A DNA stretch of 64,000 bases, taken from contig OX597818.1 in assembly GCA_951406725.2 (NCBI GenBank), forward strand, positions 115,568,001-115,632,000, read 5' to 3'. The notes below the pieces were generated by a model. It searched no databases. It saw only the letters and a program-made list of their open reading frames with translations, and was not told the origin of the DNA. Shown piece after piece: positions 1-13,298 of the stretch (its first letter is position 1; every line of letters starts with the position of its first letter). The position numbers and the translations under genes were made by a program. The DNA comes from Octopus vulgaris (taxonomy: Eukaryota).

Positions 1-1223
1 ACAGAACAAGTATCGAACTTCAAGATAAATACAAAGGGTTGATTCGTTCGACTCAAATCTTCAAGGCAGTGCCCCAGCATGGCCACAGTCCAATGACTGA
101 AACGACCATAGGAAGTTGAAAAGAAAAGGAAAATAAAACAGCAAAATAGAAGTATAAGATGAAAGAGAAGAAAGTAGAGATAGAAGAGAAACGAAAATAG
201 AAAATAGAATAAAAAACAAAGGAGAGAAGATCCATCTTAATCGAGAAGAACTGTATACAGCCTATGATACCAGCCCAATAAATTACCTGCAATCAATCTA
301 TAGATTCTCCATAAAAACTCCCTAAGGATTGAATGGTAAAGCCAGCCTAGTTGTATTTGAACCTAGAAATGGGAAACAAATTGAATTAGATAGCATAAAG
401 AACATTTAGTGTTACTCTCCACGGCCCCCACAAACCAAGCTGGAGTCAATAACAACAACAACAACAATAATAGCTGTTGTTCTTGTCACTGCGTCATGGT
501 AGAAAGGAATGGGGTTGGGTGGTCTATTTTAGATTCATTCTTATGCTATAATCATTTGGTTTTCCTTAAGCCTCTAAGAGAACCTTAGAACCTTGTTCAA
601 CAATTTTTTAAAGTACTTGGAGCAAATTCCAAGTGCATAGGAATTGTTTAGGGTGCATCTGTGCTTAATCTTTTTTTTTCTTTCAGCATACCAAGTGCAG
701 GCATGGTTGTGTAGTTAAGTTAAGAAGTTTGCTTCCAAAACCACATGGCTTCAGGTTCAATCCTACTGAACAGTACCCTGGGCAAGTATCGGTTCCGAGA
801 TGACCAAAGTCTTGAAAGTGGATTTGGTAGGCAGAAACTGAAAAAAATTCCATAGAGTATGTCTCAGCCATAGAGTATGTCTCAGCACAAAGAGACAGAA
901 AGACACATACACACAACCACAAAATGGGTTTCTTCCATTTTCTGTCTACAAAAATTCACTCATACAGCTTTGGTCGACTCAAGGCCACAGTAGAAGGCAC
1001 TTGCCTAAAGTGTCAAGCAATGGGATTGAACCCAAAACTACATGATTGAGAAGTAAACTACTCAAACACACAGCCTAATTAACTAGCAGCTATCATAGAA
1101 GCATCTCACTATTATCTCTTTACCATCTCTGCTAGAACTTTAAGAGTAAGGAGGTTAAGTACCAAAGTTTCATTTCCCACCAGGAATGCATTTTGCCTTT
1201 TACAAACGTGATAGCCTCTACAC

Positions 1224-1411
1224 CAGAGGCTCTCAGCTGCAGTTCCCAGGGCCACATGTGGCCCGCGAGCATAAATCTGTGACCTCCAATCATTTTCCCT
1301 TTATAAATATATATATTTTTTAACTGGCTTTTTTTACTTTTTTGATGTGGCCCCTTAAAAAAAATCCAGCTTTAGATCTGGTTCAGATATTAAGGAGTTT
1401 GGGAACCACAG
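1224..1411. mobile_element. hAT/Charlie-like MITE (degenerate)
   Basis: Starts CAGAGGCTCTCA and ends GTTTGGGAACCACAG, with an internal GGGCCACATGTGGCCCGCG motif. Flanked by near-identical 8-mers CTCTACAC (1216-1223) and CTTTATAC (1412-1419), which fit the Charlie-type 8-bp target-site duplication (TSD). Confidence 0.55.
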
Positions 1412-1517
1412 CTTTATACAGTCATTTAACCTACTAGAAATAGCAGGTCAATCTCCTCCAAATCCTACCCTACTTTTAAAAAACGGGAGGACATATTAGA
1501 TAATGGGATACACCTAG

Positions 1518-1840
1518 TGAAGGCACACAGCTCAGTGGCTAGAGCATCAGGGTTACAATCCTGGGGTTGCAAGTTCAATTCCTGGACTGGATTGTGTATT
1601 GTTTTTTTGAGCAAGACACTTTATTTCATGTTGCTCCAGTTCACTCATCTGTAGAAATGAGCTGTGATGTCACTGATGCCAAGCTGTATCGGCCTTTGCC
1701 TTTCCCTTGGATAACATCAGTGGCATGGAGAATGGAGGTTGGTATGCAAGGGCGACTGCTGGTCTTCCATAAACAACCTTGCCCAGACTTGTGCCTCGGA
1801 GGTAACTTTCTAGGTGCAAACCCATGGTCATTCATGATCA
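1518..1840 (+). mobile_element. tRNA-derived SINE with CORE-like centre (family D)
   Basis: A-box-like CAGCTCAGTGG and B-box-like AGTTCAATTCC, then TTGAGCAAGACACTTTATTTC (CORE-like). A second copy lies on the minus strand at ~3525-3806. Confidence 0.7.
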
Positions 1841-2794
1841 AAAAAAAAAAAAAAGATGAGATGATCACAGTTAAGAATGCTTCTGATCAAGGCTGACCTG
1901 GGAGCTGACCAACAGCAACATGAACAGCAATAACAACCTGTAGCCATTGCAATTAGATTAGCAGTAAATTACTCTCCAAGCATCGCAGTTTACCTCCATC
2001 CTCGGCTGCTGTTTGCTACAGCAATTACTCTGGTTTAATTGTCTTGTGTAGTAAATAGTTTACAGTTTCACAGTTCTATTGCTGCTCAATACAAACTGGC
2101 CGGATCAATATCTGCTGAAACAGGTTAGGCTTCTCCAAGAGCACACATTCTGTTACTGGGGTTGGCTGTTTGTTTTTGTTTTTGTTTTGTTTTGTTTGTT
2201 TGTTTTTTTGCATTTTGATTTTTTTTTTTTGTCTTTTGTATGTTTATATTTTTTTTCACTTTCCTCGTTAGGCAGAGGGAGAGGGGTTGTTGTTCTGCTG
2301 CGAGTGGGTGGTTTGACATGATGCATGTGATGTCAGCAGCACTAGCAGAAGCAGCAGTAGTAATCGTAGTAGTAGTAGTAGTAGTAGTAACAGTGGTGGT
2401 ATGGTGAGTATGGTAATGTTAATGGAAGGGAAACAAAGCAACAGCAACAACAACAACAAAAAAAAACAGCAAGTGGTTCTCGAAATGTGCAACATTTCTG
2501 CATGGGCTGGTATATCGTTGAAAAAGTGAACATGATCACTTTGGTAATCATCTTCACCAGCATCATCAACATCATCATCATTTTCTATCATCACCACCAC
2601 CACAGCCATTGTTGTCATTTTTATTGCATCTCTCATAATCAGTCGAGGTCATCATAATCAATCGAAAGTCATCAATACCATCATGTAACAAGGCTGTCCT
2701 ACATGACCACCCAACCTGCATAATGAAGCTAGGAGTCAACTCATCCTCATTAAACCCTCAACAACATCTCTAATAAGAGCAACATATTCACATT

Positions 2795-3016
2795 TCAACC
2801 CTTTAGCATTCAGATTATCAAATGTAATGCTTATTTATCCACATTGTTGACAATTAATTAAGTATTATCTTCTAGCTTAGCAATCTCAATGATGTGACTG
2901 CTTGTTTTTAGAATGACATGTGGGGTAGGTATGAAAGGCCAGATCTGGTTGGTTTACAAGTAAGACAGGTAGAATATCTGGGCCAGGTATGGCCAATTTA
3001 AATGCCAAAAGCTTAA
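2795..3016. mobile_element. TTAA-flanked piggyBac-like MITE (family G)
   Basis: Ends CCCTTTAGCATT...AATGCCAAAAGCTTAA. Related copies at 27830-27992 (TTAA on both sides, internally deleted), ~61934-62110 and ~4232-4300. Confidence 0.65.
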
Positions 3017-3194
3017 GCAGATGAATGTTAAATGTAACATTCATGCCTTTCCAAAGGACACAAGCACAAAGTTACAATGTTTAAACTGTTAACGTCCCAC
3101 TATGTGGCATCTTAGGCAAGTGTCTTCTACTATAGCCTCGGGCCAACCAAAACCTTGTGAGTGGATGTGGTAGACAGAAACTGAAAGAAGCCCA

Positions 3195-3420
3195 CCATCA
3201 TCATCGTTCAACGTCCGCTTTCCATGCTAGCATGGGTTGGACGGTTCAACCGGGGTCTGGGAAACCAGGAGGCTGCACTAGGCTCCAGTCTGATCTGGCA
3301 GTGTTTCTACAGCTGGATGCCCTTCCTAATGCCAACCACTCCGTGAGAGTAGTGGGTGCTTTTTACGTGCCACTGGCACAAGGGCCTGAGGAGGCTGGCA
3401 ACACCCACAATTGGCTGGTG
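3195..3420 (-). mobile_element. RTE-type LINE 3' end (family C) with (GAT)n tail
   Basis: Reverse complement of ...GCACCCACTACTCTCACGGAGTGGTTGGCATTAGGAAGGGCATCCAGCTGTAGAAAC...CCATGCTAGCATGGAAAGCGGACGTTGAACGATGATG. More than 10 5'-truncated copies in the window. Confidence 0.75.
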
Positions 3421-3469
3421 CTTTATATGTGTGTGTATGTATATATGTGTGTGTGTGTGTATGTATGTA

Positions 3470-3500
<31 letters not shown>

Positions 3501-4649
3501 TTGTGTGTGTGTCTGTGTTTGTCCCCACACCAAGGCACAAGTCTGGGCAAGGATGTTTATGGAAGACCAGCAGTCGCCCATGCGAACCAGCCTCCTCCCT
3601 TCTCCATGCCAACGATGTTGTCCAAAGGAAAAGCAAAGGCCGAAACAGTTTGGCGCCAGTGATGTCACAGCTTATTTCTACAACAGAATGAACTGGAGCA
3701 ACATGAAATAAAGTGTCTTGCTCAAGAACACAACACGCAGCCCAGTCTGGGAATCAAACTCACTACCTCATGCTTGTGAGTACAACGTTCTAACCACTGA
3801 GCCATTCTAGTTTCATGGAATTACACAAATGAGAGATACATTTTTCCCCAAGAGAAGACACCAAGTTTTCACAGAAGATATTTCCAAAAGATCCAGAAAC
3901 TATTCTTGTAAACTTGGAGACTTGCAGAGTCTATGATTAATTGTACCGGTCAAATACAACAGCAAAAAAGCATGCTTATAAGATTCGAACTGAAGAACAG
4001 TCTGCAAGAAGTCCAGTACCACATCTAGTCAGTTGCTGCAGTCTGAGACTGGCTAGAAAATTATAATGCAAACAGCTGTGTCTGCAGAATACTAAAACTG
4101 ATATCTAACATCTTGCTGGTTACGTGTCTGTTCCAAGAATGAGTTCTTCCAAAACTGAGCTTGCCTTTTATATTCCATCCCAAAAATTGATACAAAAAAG
4201 GACCATGGATGTTACAATTAACATTCATCTGCTAAACCTTTTGGCATTTAAACTGGCCCAGATATTCTACCCGTTTTACTTGTAAACAAGCCAAATCCAC
4301 TCTTTCCTTTGGTTTCAAATTTTGGCACAAGGCCAGTAATTTGGGCAAGTGCCTTCTGCTACAGCCCCAGGGTGTTAGCCAATTATATTGGGCTCAAATG
4401 GTACTTATTCTATCAACCCCGAAAGGATGAAAGGCAAAGTTGACTCTGGCAGTATTTGAACTCGGAGCATAAAGTTGGAATAACTGCTGCTAAGCATTTT
4501 TCACAGTGCGGTAACAATTCAGCCAGCTCACCACCTGATGTACCAGGAGTCAAAATCAAACAAAATGCTTGTAGTGGAATTGAAACCTCAACCAATGAAC
4601 AAGTAGATACAAGTTCAATACTTTACAAACTCAGCTATTTTGTTCATAT

Positions 4650-4852
4650 TCTTTGATTTGTTTCAGTCATTTGACAGCAGTCATGCTGGAGCACCGCCTT
4701 TAGTTAAACAAATCAACCCCAGACTTATTCTTTATAAGCCTAGTACTTATTTTTTCGGGGTCTTTTGCTGAACCACTAAGTTACAGAGATGTAAACACAC
4801 CAACATCAGTTGTCAAGCGATGGTGGGGGGGGGGGACAGACACAGACACACA

Positions 4853-4898
<46 letters not shown>

Positions 4899-5035
4899 TG
4901 ACAGGCTTCTTTCAGTTTCCATCTACCAAATCTACTCACAAGGCTATAGTAGAAGACACTTGCCCAAGGTGCCACGCTGTGGGACTGAACCCAGAAACAT
5001 GTGGTTGGTAAGCAAGCTACTTACCACACAGCCAT
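4650..5035 (-). mobile_element. tRNA-derived SINE family A with internal microsatellite
   Basis: Matches the family A copy at 15946-16394 in reverse orientation, with an internal (TA)n(CA)n tract. Confidence 0.85.
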
Positions 5036-5947
5036 TCCAGTGCCTATGTTCACATCCTTGAAAATGCATGAATGCCACAGCAAACATTTTGCAGCAGAAA
5101 GAAATTTCAAGCTTTAGGAGACAACCAGGGAGCATCTATGTGGTTGTTTTATATGCTAGACATAACAGCCAAACCTCCATCAAAGCATCATGTTATTAAG
5201 AAAATAAAGGACACATTAGCTAATAGTCATAAATATACAAAAATGAGACAATCATAGTTGGGATACTTTTCATCATAGGTCTGCTCAATCAGGGTTGACC
5301 TGGGGCTAAACAACAACAGAACCTTGAATGTGATTCTTCAGTAAAATTCCAACAAAGCTGCAATGGGAGAATCACACCCACATATCATATCCGATGGAGA
5401 ATTATGACATCATAGCAAGCACATCTGGAACTGGATGTATGCAATATGCTGATTCACTGCGATCCAGTTCAGTTCAGAGATATTGATAATCTATGCTGGT
5501 ATAATGAAAGTGGAGGATTCGCTTCCCAAGTGGAAAGAGTAAAATCAATAACACCAGAAACAGCAATTAATACAATAATAACATGATTACATTGACATAA
5601 ATAAATACCAGTCTGCATGCAGTTTAAGTGTGGAGAGAGCAGCATCCAGCCTTGTGATGGTGACTGTTCAGGGGAAAATAATAGCGGTTTCTGAATTTCT
5701 GAACCAGGTCATGCAGGCACAGACGTGGATGCATGGTTAATAAGTGTGTTTAGCATTTTACATGTTTCCAGGTCTGATCATACTGTGCAGCGCATTGGGC
5801 AAATATTGTCTACCAAAACCTCAGGTTAATAACCCAAGCCTTGTGAATAATAATTGGATTGATGGAAACTGTATGGAATGGGCTTCCATGCAGAATCTGT
5901 CAGTTTTGTGGGTAGTAAAGTGATTCTGATTTCTGGCTAAATACTAC

Positions 5948-6166
5948 CTATTTCTTTACTACCCACAAGGGGCTAAACAAGGACAGACAAAGGGATTAAG
6001 TCGATTACATCGACCCCAGTGTGTAACTGGTACTTAATTTATTAACCCCGAAAGGATGAAAGGCAAAGTCGACCTCGGAGGAATTTGAACTCAGAACGTA
6101 ACGGCAGATGAAATACTGTTATACATTTCACCCAGCATGCTAACAATTCTGCCAGCTCGCCGCCTT
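5948..6166 (-). mobile_element. tRNA-derived SINE family B
   Basis: Reverse complement of AAGGCGGCGAGCTGGCAGAA...GTTCTGAGTTCAAATTCC...GACTTTGCCTTTCATCCTTTCGGGG...AAGTACCAG...CCCCTTGTGGGTAGTAAAGAAAT. Other copies at ~8267-8475, 10436-10640, 20600-20990 (tandem pair), 21911-22143, 36410-37078, 38172-38398, 54385-54520, 57325-57680, 58780-59200, 59745-59890 and 62980-63185. Confidence 0.85.
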
Positions 6167-7169
6167 AATACTTTGGTTAAATACTACCACCATGGGACGG
6201 CTTTAGTGGAATCCAAAGAATCCACTTTGTTCCAGATATTTCAACCATATTTTTCATCTCAGAATAACCAGTGGTTGTTTCTTACTCCCTTTATTCTCTC
6301 CCAGTCTTGAAGTCCCAGCAAATATTGCAGGCACTTCCCTTTCTTCTTTGATTAAACGTTAAAAAAAGGATTTGAGAAAAGCTGGAATTTTTTCTGCAAC
6401 ACTTGTTGATAGCAATAGTTCTGAACAAGCAGACCTACTAGCAAAAGAAATCCAGGAATGACCATCCCATCTGTTATTCAGACATAGTCTAAGACTGAAT
6501 TATCCAAAGTGTCTTTCTTATTTTTAAAGGTAGACTAGTATAATCTGAAGGAGATTTTGGCTGCAATTTCTAGCAAATAAAGATGCCATGTTCATATTCC
6601 CATGTACAAGAAGTTTGTGGATGGACTAACACACAAGATTATTCAAACCAGTCTCCTTAAACAATAACCAAAGAGGAAAATGAAGGAAGTTCGAAAACCA
6701 ATAATGATCTCTGCAGTTCTTACTAACTATTAGGGGATCGTTAACCCAGGTGTGAAACAGGTGCCACTAAGTGAGGGCACTTATGAATAATTGAGTCAGA
6801 AGAACAAATAAAACTAGCCTACGGGGTCAGTAATAAATAAGCTGTCACCAGCACTATATTGTGCTTAGCCATGGCACCACTCTCAACTGGCACAGTCCAC
6901 CTAGCTGTAGAAGGTGCAACCACAGAGATGATCTGTTCATTGCTGGTCATTGCATTCGCACTGTAAAACTGACAAATGATTTATTGGTTTAAAGAATCAA
7001 GTTCTACTCTTTCCTTGGATGCTGTCAGAAGAAGAGTTGTATCAAACATGATGGTCACCCATGGATGGATACTATTGCTCAAGAGACATCAAGTATTTGA
7101 CTTGATCAACAGTTGCAACATACAGTAATGTTCTAGTTTCTAATACAGGGTAAGTTCAATGTGCCCCAC

Positions 7170-7327
7170 AGCTGTGGTCGTGTGGTAAGAAGTTTGCTTC
7201 CCGACCACATGGATCCGGGTTCAGTCCCACAGAATGGCACCCCTAAAGCAAGTGTCTTCTACTATAACTTTAGGCCAACCAAAAGCCTTCTGAGTGGATC
7301 TGGTAGACAGAAACTGAAAGAAAACTG

Positions 7328-7380
<53 letters not shown>

Positions 7381-7560
7381 TGTTTTTGCCCCCACTATTT
7401 GACAACTGGTGTTGGTTTGTTTTCATCCCTGTAACTTAGCAGCTCAGCAAAAGAGATTGATAGAATAAGTACTGGCATCGATTTGTCCAACTAAGGTTCG
7501 TCAAAGCAGTGCCCCAGCCTGGCCACAGCCTAATGACTGAAACAAGTAAAAGATAAAAGA
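7170..7560 (+). mobile_element. SINE family A with internal (TG)n
   Basis: Degenerate full-length copy with a (TG)~25 tract at ~7327-7379. Confidence 0.8.
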
Positions 7561-8510
7561 ACTCCAAAAGAAGTACACACACTTCTTGACCTTCTTCCGA
7601 AGCAAACCCGTAGAGCTTAGCCATGAGAGGTCCTTAATTATGTAGACACCAACTTAATTGTGAAATGCCAATCTCTTTTTTGGCTACAGAATTCCTCTTT
7701 CAATGAAAATTGGAGAAGTGAATGCAATCTTATTATTTGGTGTGGCAAAGGGAAAAAAAAAGGAACCAAGAAACATAGAATTAAGTCTAAAATACTTTGG
7801 CACAGCTCCAGCATGGCTTCAGCTGTGAAGGCTAAAATGAACTAAAGAACTCGTTGAGCATACATTAAGATGCCTCCTGCTAACACAAGATGTGGGTGTA
7901 GCAGATATGGTCGAAAATATGCCAGTAATGAAACATATGTGCAAACACAGATAAAAATTTTAAAAGACAGAACGAAACCCGAACAGAGCATAAGTTTGTT
8001 TTTTTTTTATAATTTACTATTATACAATTATAATTTGACCATGTTGTTATCATTTTAAAGGTAAAGGTTAAAATAAACTTTAAAACTACTCTTTATAATA
8101 TATACCTATTCCTGTTGCTTTCATCAGTAGCATGCATCTGTATATAATTGCTTAAGTAGAGCAAGAGATGTGATGTGCTGATAAAGATTTTGGCAACTTG
8201 GTTTCAAACTTGGTCGTCATTCTCAGTTGGAACTCCTTTATATTGTTAACATCTTCCAGTAGAGCTAAGGCAGCGAGCTGGCAGAATCGTTAACACACCA
8301 GGTAAAATGCTTAGTGGCATTTCATCCTTTATTATGTTCTGAGTTCAAATTCTGCCATGGTTGGCGTTGCCTTTCTTCCTTTCATGGTCGATAAAATAAG
8401 TACCAGTTGAACACTGGGGCTGATGTAATCAACTTGCCCCCTCCCCCAAATTTGCTGGCCTTGTGCCAAAATTTCAAATCAGTATTGTCCAGTAGAGTTG
8501 ACCTGCCTTT

Positions 8511-8854
8511 TAATAATAATAATGAAATTATTGTGCATAGAGCTCAGGTGAACTACAACTCGTTAAAGGTACACATACAGTACCTAGAATTACGTACAAA
8601 AATCAGGAAAGGGAATGGAGTGAGAGTTATGATATACATGTGTGCATGTGTATGGAGGGGGGGATATCAGGTGTGGTGTTCGTGAATTTCAGGAAGCATG
8701 GAGGTTTTAAAGGATGCAATGTCTTAGCAACTAACAACTGATACAGGTAGCTTGTTCCACGCTTCAGTAACTCTGAGTGTCAAAAAAAAAAATGTTTCTG
8801 AAAGTCATGGGAGCTGTGCTGTTTTCTGACTTTGTAGGCATGCCCACGTGTGTT
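8511..8854 (-). mobile_element. CR1-clade LINE 3' fragment
   Basis: Minus strand reads TRGHAYKVRKQHSSHDFQKHFF..LRVTEAWNKLP (CR1-type ORF2 C-terminus), followed by a 3' UTR and (TAT)n tail. Homologous to 46770-47275. Confidence 0.75.
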
Positions 8855-9284
8855 TTACCCTCCCAGAGTTGATAAATTAAGAACCAAAAATATACTGGAG
8901 GGAGGGATGATTTAATCAACTGCCCCCTCCCTCAAATTTTATGGTTACACACTACATATGTTAAAAATCAATATCTTAAGAAAGAAAAACGCAAATGAGC
9001 TCCAACATATCTATTCGCTCCCCTTAAAAAACTTGAAGATTCTGTGCCAGGTTTACTGAGCTTATACAAGGAATGGCTGTGTGGTAAGAAGCCTGCTTCC
9101 CAACCACATGGTTCTGGGTTCAGTCCCACTCCATGGCACTTTGGGCAAGTGTTTTCTACTACAGCCTCGGGCCAACTAAAGCCTTGCAAGTAGATTTGGT
9201 AGATGGAAACTGAAAGAATCCTACCATATCACCATCATCATCATTTAACATCCATCTTCCATGCTAGCATGGGTGGGACAGTAC

Positions 9285-9322
<38 letters not shown>

Positions 9323-10991
9323 TATGTGTGTGTGTACATATGTACACACGTATGTATGTATTTGTGTGTCTGTGGTTGTCCTGCCAACATTACTTGACAA
9401 CTGACATTGGTGTTTTTACTCCTCGTAATTTAGCTACAGCAGAAAATACTTGCCCAGGGTGCCACTGTAAGACTGAACCGAGAACCACGTGGTTGGGGAA
9501 GCAAGCATCTTACACACAAAGCCAATGTTTGTAGCTGATTGGATTAAACCCAGTATATTACTGGTTCTTTTTTCATCAAATCTGAAAGTGTCAAGCTGAA
9601 AGACAAATGCCAGTACTCTGTGACATTTAAAACTCCAAACTGTGAAGGAGAGAAACAAAACTAAAAAGAGGTAATGCATTGAGTTGTGTGAACTTTTCAA
9701 TCAGCCACCTACACAGCTTTTTACATTATTAAATTCTATAAATAGTTCTTAACATTTCTTCTTTATATATACAATTCTCTCAGTTCCCATTAATAATTCC
9801 TCTTAAAGCAAAAACTTGCTCCCATTTGAAAAATTCTCCCCTACCTTCCTTAACATGGAAAAAAAAATGTCATAATAAGTCGTATGAGAATAATAGCAAG
9901 AATTAAGAAAATGTAGATAGAGGTTCTTACTGTAGTGTTTATATATAATTCTTGGAATTTTTATTTTGATTTTTTATTGTGATTATGTTCATGGTATTTA
10001 CAGACACTTAAAAGCCTGGTTGGTTTTATTAGATGTTTAGAAGTCAAGTGGGCTTGACGAATTTAACAGAGCCTTAACATTACAGTGGCTTTGATTATAC
10101 ATATTTAACCTTGGCAGAGGCCACACAAAGAGAGTGGATTCAAAGAAACTGGTGAAAGAAAATCTGTGTCAGCAAAGATTAAGCTAAAACTGTCTGAGAG
10201 TGAAGATGATTAGGGAGAGTGCTTTTGTCATTTACTTTCCTACAGCTCAAGCAACGACCCATTTTTTTCTCTTAGAGACATGAGTAAAAGCCTGAGAGCC
10301 AACAAATTCTTCACTCTTTACAGCAACTGTTTTCCTATTCTCCAGTAACCCACGCTTTTGTAGCATTTGTCGTGAGTTGAAGTGTTGTCGGTCGGTCTGA
10401 CGTGATGACTGGCTCAGTTGCTGAATGATAAATATCTATTTCTTTACTACCCACAAGGGGTTAAACACAGAGGGGACAAACAAGGACACACAAACGGATT
10501 AAGTCGATTACACTGACCCCAGTTCGTAACTGGTACTTAATTTATCGACCCCGAAAGGATGAAAGGCAAAGTCGACCTCGGCAGAATTTGAACTCAGAAC
10601 GTAACGGCAGAAGAAATACGGTTACGCATTTCGCCCAGTGTGGGAGGTAATATGCCTACTGCATCACTTTGTTTAAGGTTATTATTTAGTCCTTGAGTAC
10701 TTTTACTGGAATTAACTTGGTGGCAAAGATCTTGACCAGGTGCCAGGCTCAACATTCTTCCTGCTGATATTAACCTGAAGATGATCAGACTAAACATCGG
10801 CTGCTTCAAGATCAATGCTCTGAGAGGCTTAATATACATTATGACCACTGGCCAGCTTCCTCTGATTAAGCTACAAAACAAACAAAACTGTGGCCGCTCA
10901 CTGGCGTTTTCTCCATTTTCCCCACAATGGGGAAAAAAATCAAACAATTAACAATATCAACAAACAACAATAACGAACAATTAATTAAAGT

Positions 10992-11250
10992 CCTACGCTT
11001 CAGCCACCATATTCTGGGCCTTATAAAGTTATCAAAAAGGAACCCAAGTATTTTGTCTTTGATATTGGAGGTAAACAAAATACGGTATCGATTGATCGTT
11101 CGAAAAAAGCCTTCATTGAGGAGGACTTAGGTTCAATTCCCTCCGTTCCTCACCAACTCCAGCAAACACCACAGATTCTGCACAACCCCAACACACCAAA
11201 TCAAGAAGAACAGTTCAATGGTCCGCAAGGTTTGTGCCAAGTTTTTCGGG
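10992..11250 (+). pseudogene. Ty3/Gypsy integrase C-terminal (GPY/F) remnant
   Basis: Plus frame from 10992 reads PTLQPPYSGPYKVIKKEPKYFVFDIGGKQNTVSIDRSKKAF, matching the Gypsy LQPPYxGPY...VSIDRLK motif. Not in the ORF track because it has no start codon. Confidence 0.75.
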
Positions 11251-11528
11251 TAAGTCCCGAACTCTTAACCTACCCATCTTCTTAAATGAAATGCATACAT
11301 CAACACATAACTCACATGACTGCATCACCCACATACAACCCAAAGAAATCAACAAACATTTTGTATACATAAAGAAAAAAAAAGGAGAACAAAAAAAAAA
11401 TGTTGTTCCACATCAACGAAAAACTTTCTGTATGAACAATTTACTGAACATTTCACAAGCGAACTTTTTCGATGAACATTTCTTTCATTTTTTTGCTCCA
11501 GGCCATATGCACAATGTACGGAACTTAC

Positions 11529-11726
11529 CTTGCAAAACAGAGGTAACATGTTGTAGAGTTTATCCTCCTGTTCTTTCTGAGTAACATTTCCTTGTGGCTG
11601 GCGGAACTCCGCAAATAGTTTCCTCAGATGCATCAAACCAAGTGCATTATCCTGCGAGCTGATTGCCACAGAGGCCGACGGCTCTGGTGTTGCCCGAGGG
11701 CTAACTAGCTTCCGCATAAAACTCAT
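11529..11726 (-). CDS. WDFY3: First coding exon of WD repeat and FYVE domain-containing protein 3 (Alfy / blue cheese; BEACH autophagy scaffold)
   Basis: 66 aa MSFMRKLVSP...SQDNALGLMHLRKLFAEFRQPQGNVTQKEQEDKLYNMLPLFCK matches the WDFY3 N-terminus as I recall it (human: QDNALGLMHLRRLFTELCHPPRHMTQKEQEEKLYMMLPVFNR). It ends in a phase-0 donor AAG|GTAAGT (GT at 11528-11527). No further coding exon was recognised in 1-11528. Confidence 0.93.
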
Positions 11727-11777
11727 TTTCTTTTCTCAGCCGGTAACAGCTGCAAGATAAAAGTAAAAAAAAAAAAA
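11727..11777 (-). other. WDFY3: WDFY3 5' UTR part of the exon (11727-11749) and its splice acceptor
   Basis: Minus strand TTTTTTTTTTTTTACTTTTATCTTGCAG|CTGTTACCGGCTGAGAAAAGAAAATG. A polypyrimidine tract with AG at 11751-11750 implies at least one upstream non-coding exon. Confidence 0.8.
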
Positions 11778-12504
11778 TTACTCTAAGTATTTATCATATT
11801 TTGTTTCAATTTCTTTTATTTCTTAGTTTGGGGAGGGGCAATTCCATAGCTTTAAGAAGATACTGAAGACTGAGGAAAGCATTTAATTACCAAAATCAGA
11901 CCATTAAACACTAACATTTCAAGTTTTTGATTTAGTTTCAGAGAAGGAAAATATGGCTGAAAAGAGAAAATGGGACATGCAAGTTCTGAAAGGAAACAGA
12001 TGAATATTTTGTATAGAATCTGGTACATGAGATGTGATTTAAAGTCAGTGTAATGTAGAGAATGTTGATACATCGATGGGTTTAGGGAGAATGTGGTAAG
12101 TAGAGATCATTTTCAGAAGGACAGCATTCATTGTAAAGATAAGAGCAAAGACAAAGAGGAAACCCTTTATATCAACCAAGTAAAAAGGTGAAATTTTGAC
12201 AAAAGAGACTAACAGGGTAAGTACCATAATTTGGAGAATGTATAATCATCAATTATGTTTCACATAATAAAATCCAAGAGATATATATTGTATACGGTGC
12301 GAATGTAGTTTCTTTACAAACTGCCCTTTAGTCTCTGATTTAAGTCATCAGACCCCACCTTTACATGATAACCATTCATTAACTTATGCTACAAATACCA
12401 ACATATGTAAATATATACACAGATGAAAGCACAAGGTGATGGCTAACCTTATAACATAACCAAAACTTCTGCACGTTTTACAAATAATAGGTAAATAATA
12501 CACA

Positions 12505-12851
12505 GCACCGCCTTGACTGGTTTCCATGTTGGTGGCATGTAAAAACCACCAATCGATCATGGCTGTTGCCAACCTCCCCTGGCACCTGTGCCAATGGCAC
12601 GTAAAAAGCACCATCCATATGTGGTCGATGCCAGCGCCACCTTGACTGGCTTCTGTGCCGGTGGCATGTAAAAAGCACCCACTACACTCACGGAGTGGTT
12701 GGCATTAGGATGTGCATCCAGCTGTAGAAACACTGCCAGATCAGACTGGAGCCTGGTGCAGCCTCCTGGCTTCCCAGACCCCGGTCGAACCGTCCAACCC
12801 ATGCTAGCATGGAAAACAGATGTTAAACGATGATGATGATGATGATGATGA
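12505..12851 (+). mobile_element. RTE-type LINE 3' end (family C), longer copy
   Basis: Three GTGCCGGTGGCACGTAAAAAGCACC-like subrepeats, then the family C body and a (GAT)n tail at ~12828-12851. Confidence 0.8.
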
Positions 12852-13298
12852 CACAACATCCATTTTTGCCAATACAATTTTCTTTGCATAATACTCTTTC
12901 TTTGCATGCTTTCAATAATATAAATTATAGCTGTAGCATTGCATACAGATGCAATATTTGATGCATCTTATGTTTCAACAATCATTTGGCACAGCTAAGA
13001 TCTTCTTGCTTTTACTTTGTATCACAACTAATGAACAATAGCACTATCAGTTACAACTGTCCAAACTGCCAATCAGGCCTTGCTTACTAGGATTGCCTCA
13101 AACCACTAAAGCTCCGTTCTCTACAACACCACTATGAAATGCTATACTGTTTATATATTGTGTAGAATGTACCATCAGAATCACTCAAACTATGTGAGTA
13201 TCAAGTTTAAAAAATTACTCATCACAACACATTATCAGCTGGCAACACGATTATTTTTTTTGTTGCCCTTCTTTATTCAACACTATCTGGAAACAGAT

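Noticed and set aside
53-292. Possible next WDFY3 exon after the TGCAG at ~287-291
   Set aside because: The translation (VIYWAGIIG...) does not resemble the expected VF..P..MTEKF continuation and runs into low-complexity and SINE sequence.
11349-11528. C-terminal 59 aa of the 125-aa ORF 11349-11726
   Set aside because: Read-through past the GTAAGT donor into the intron; WDFY3 similarity stops at ...PLFCK.
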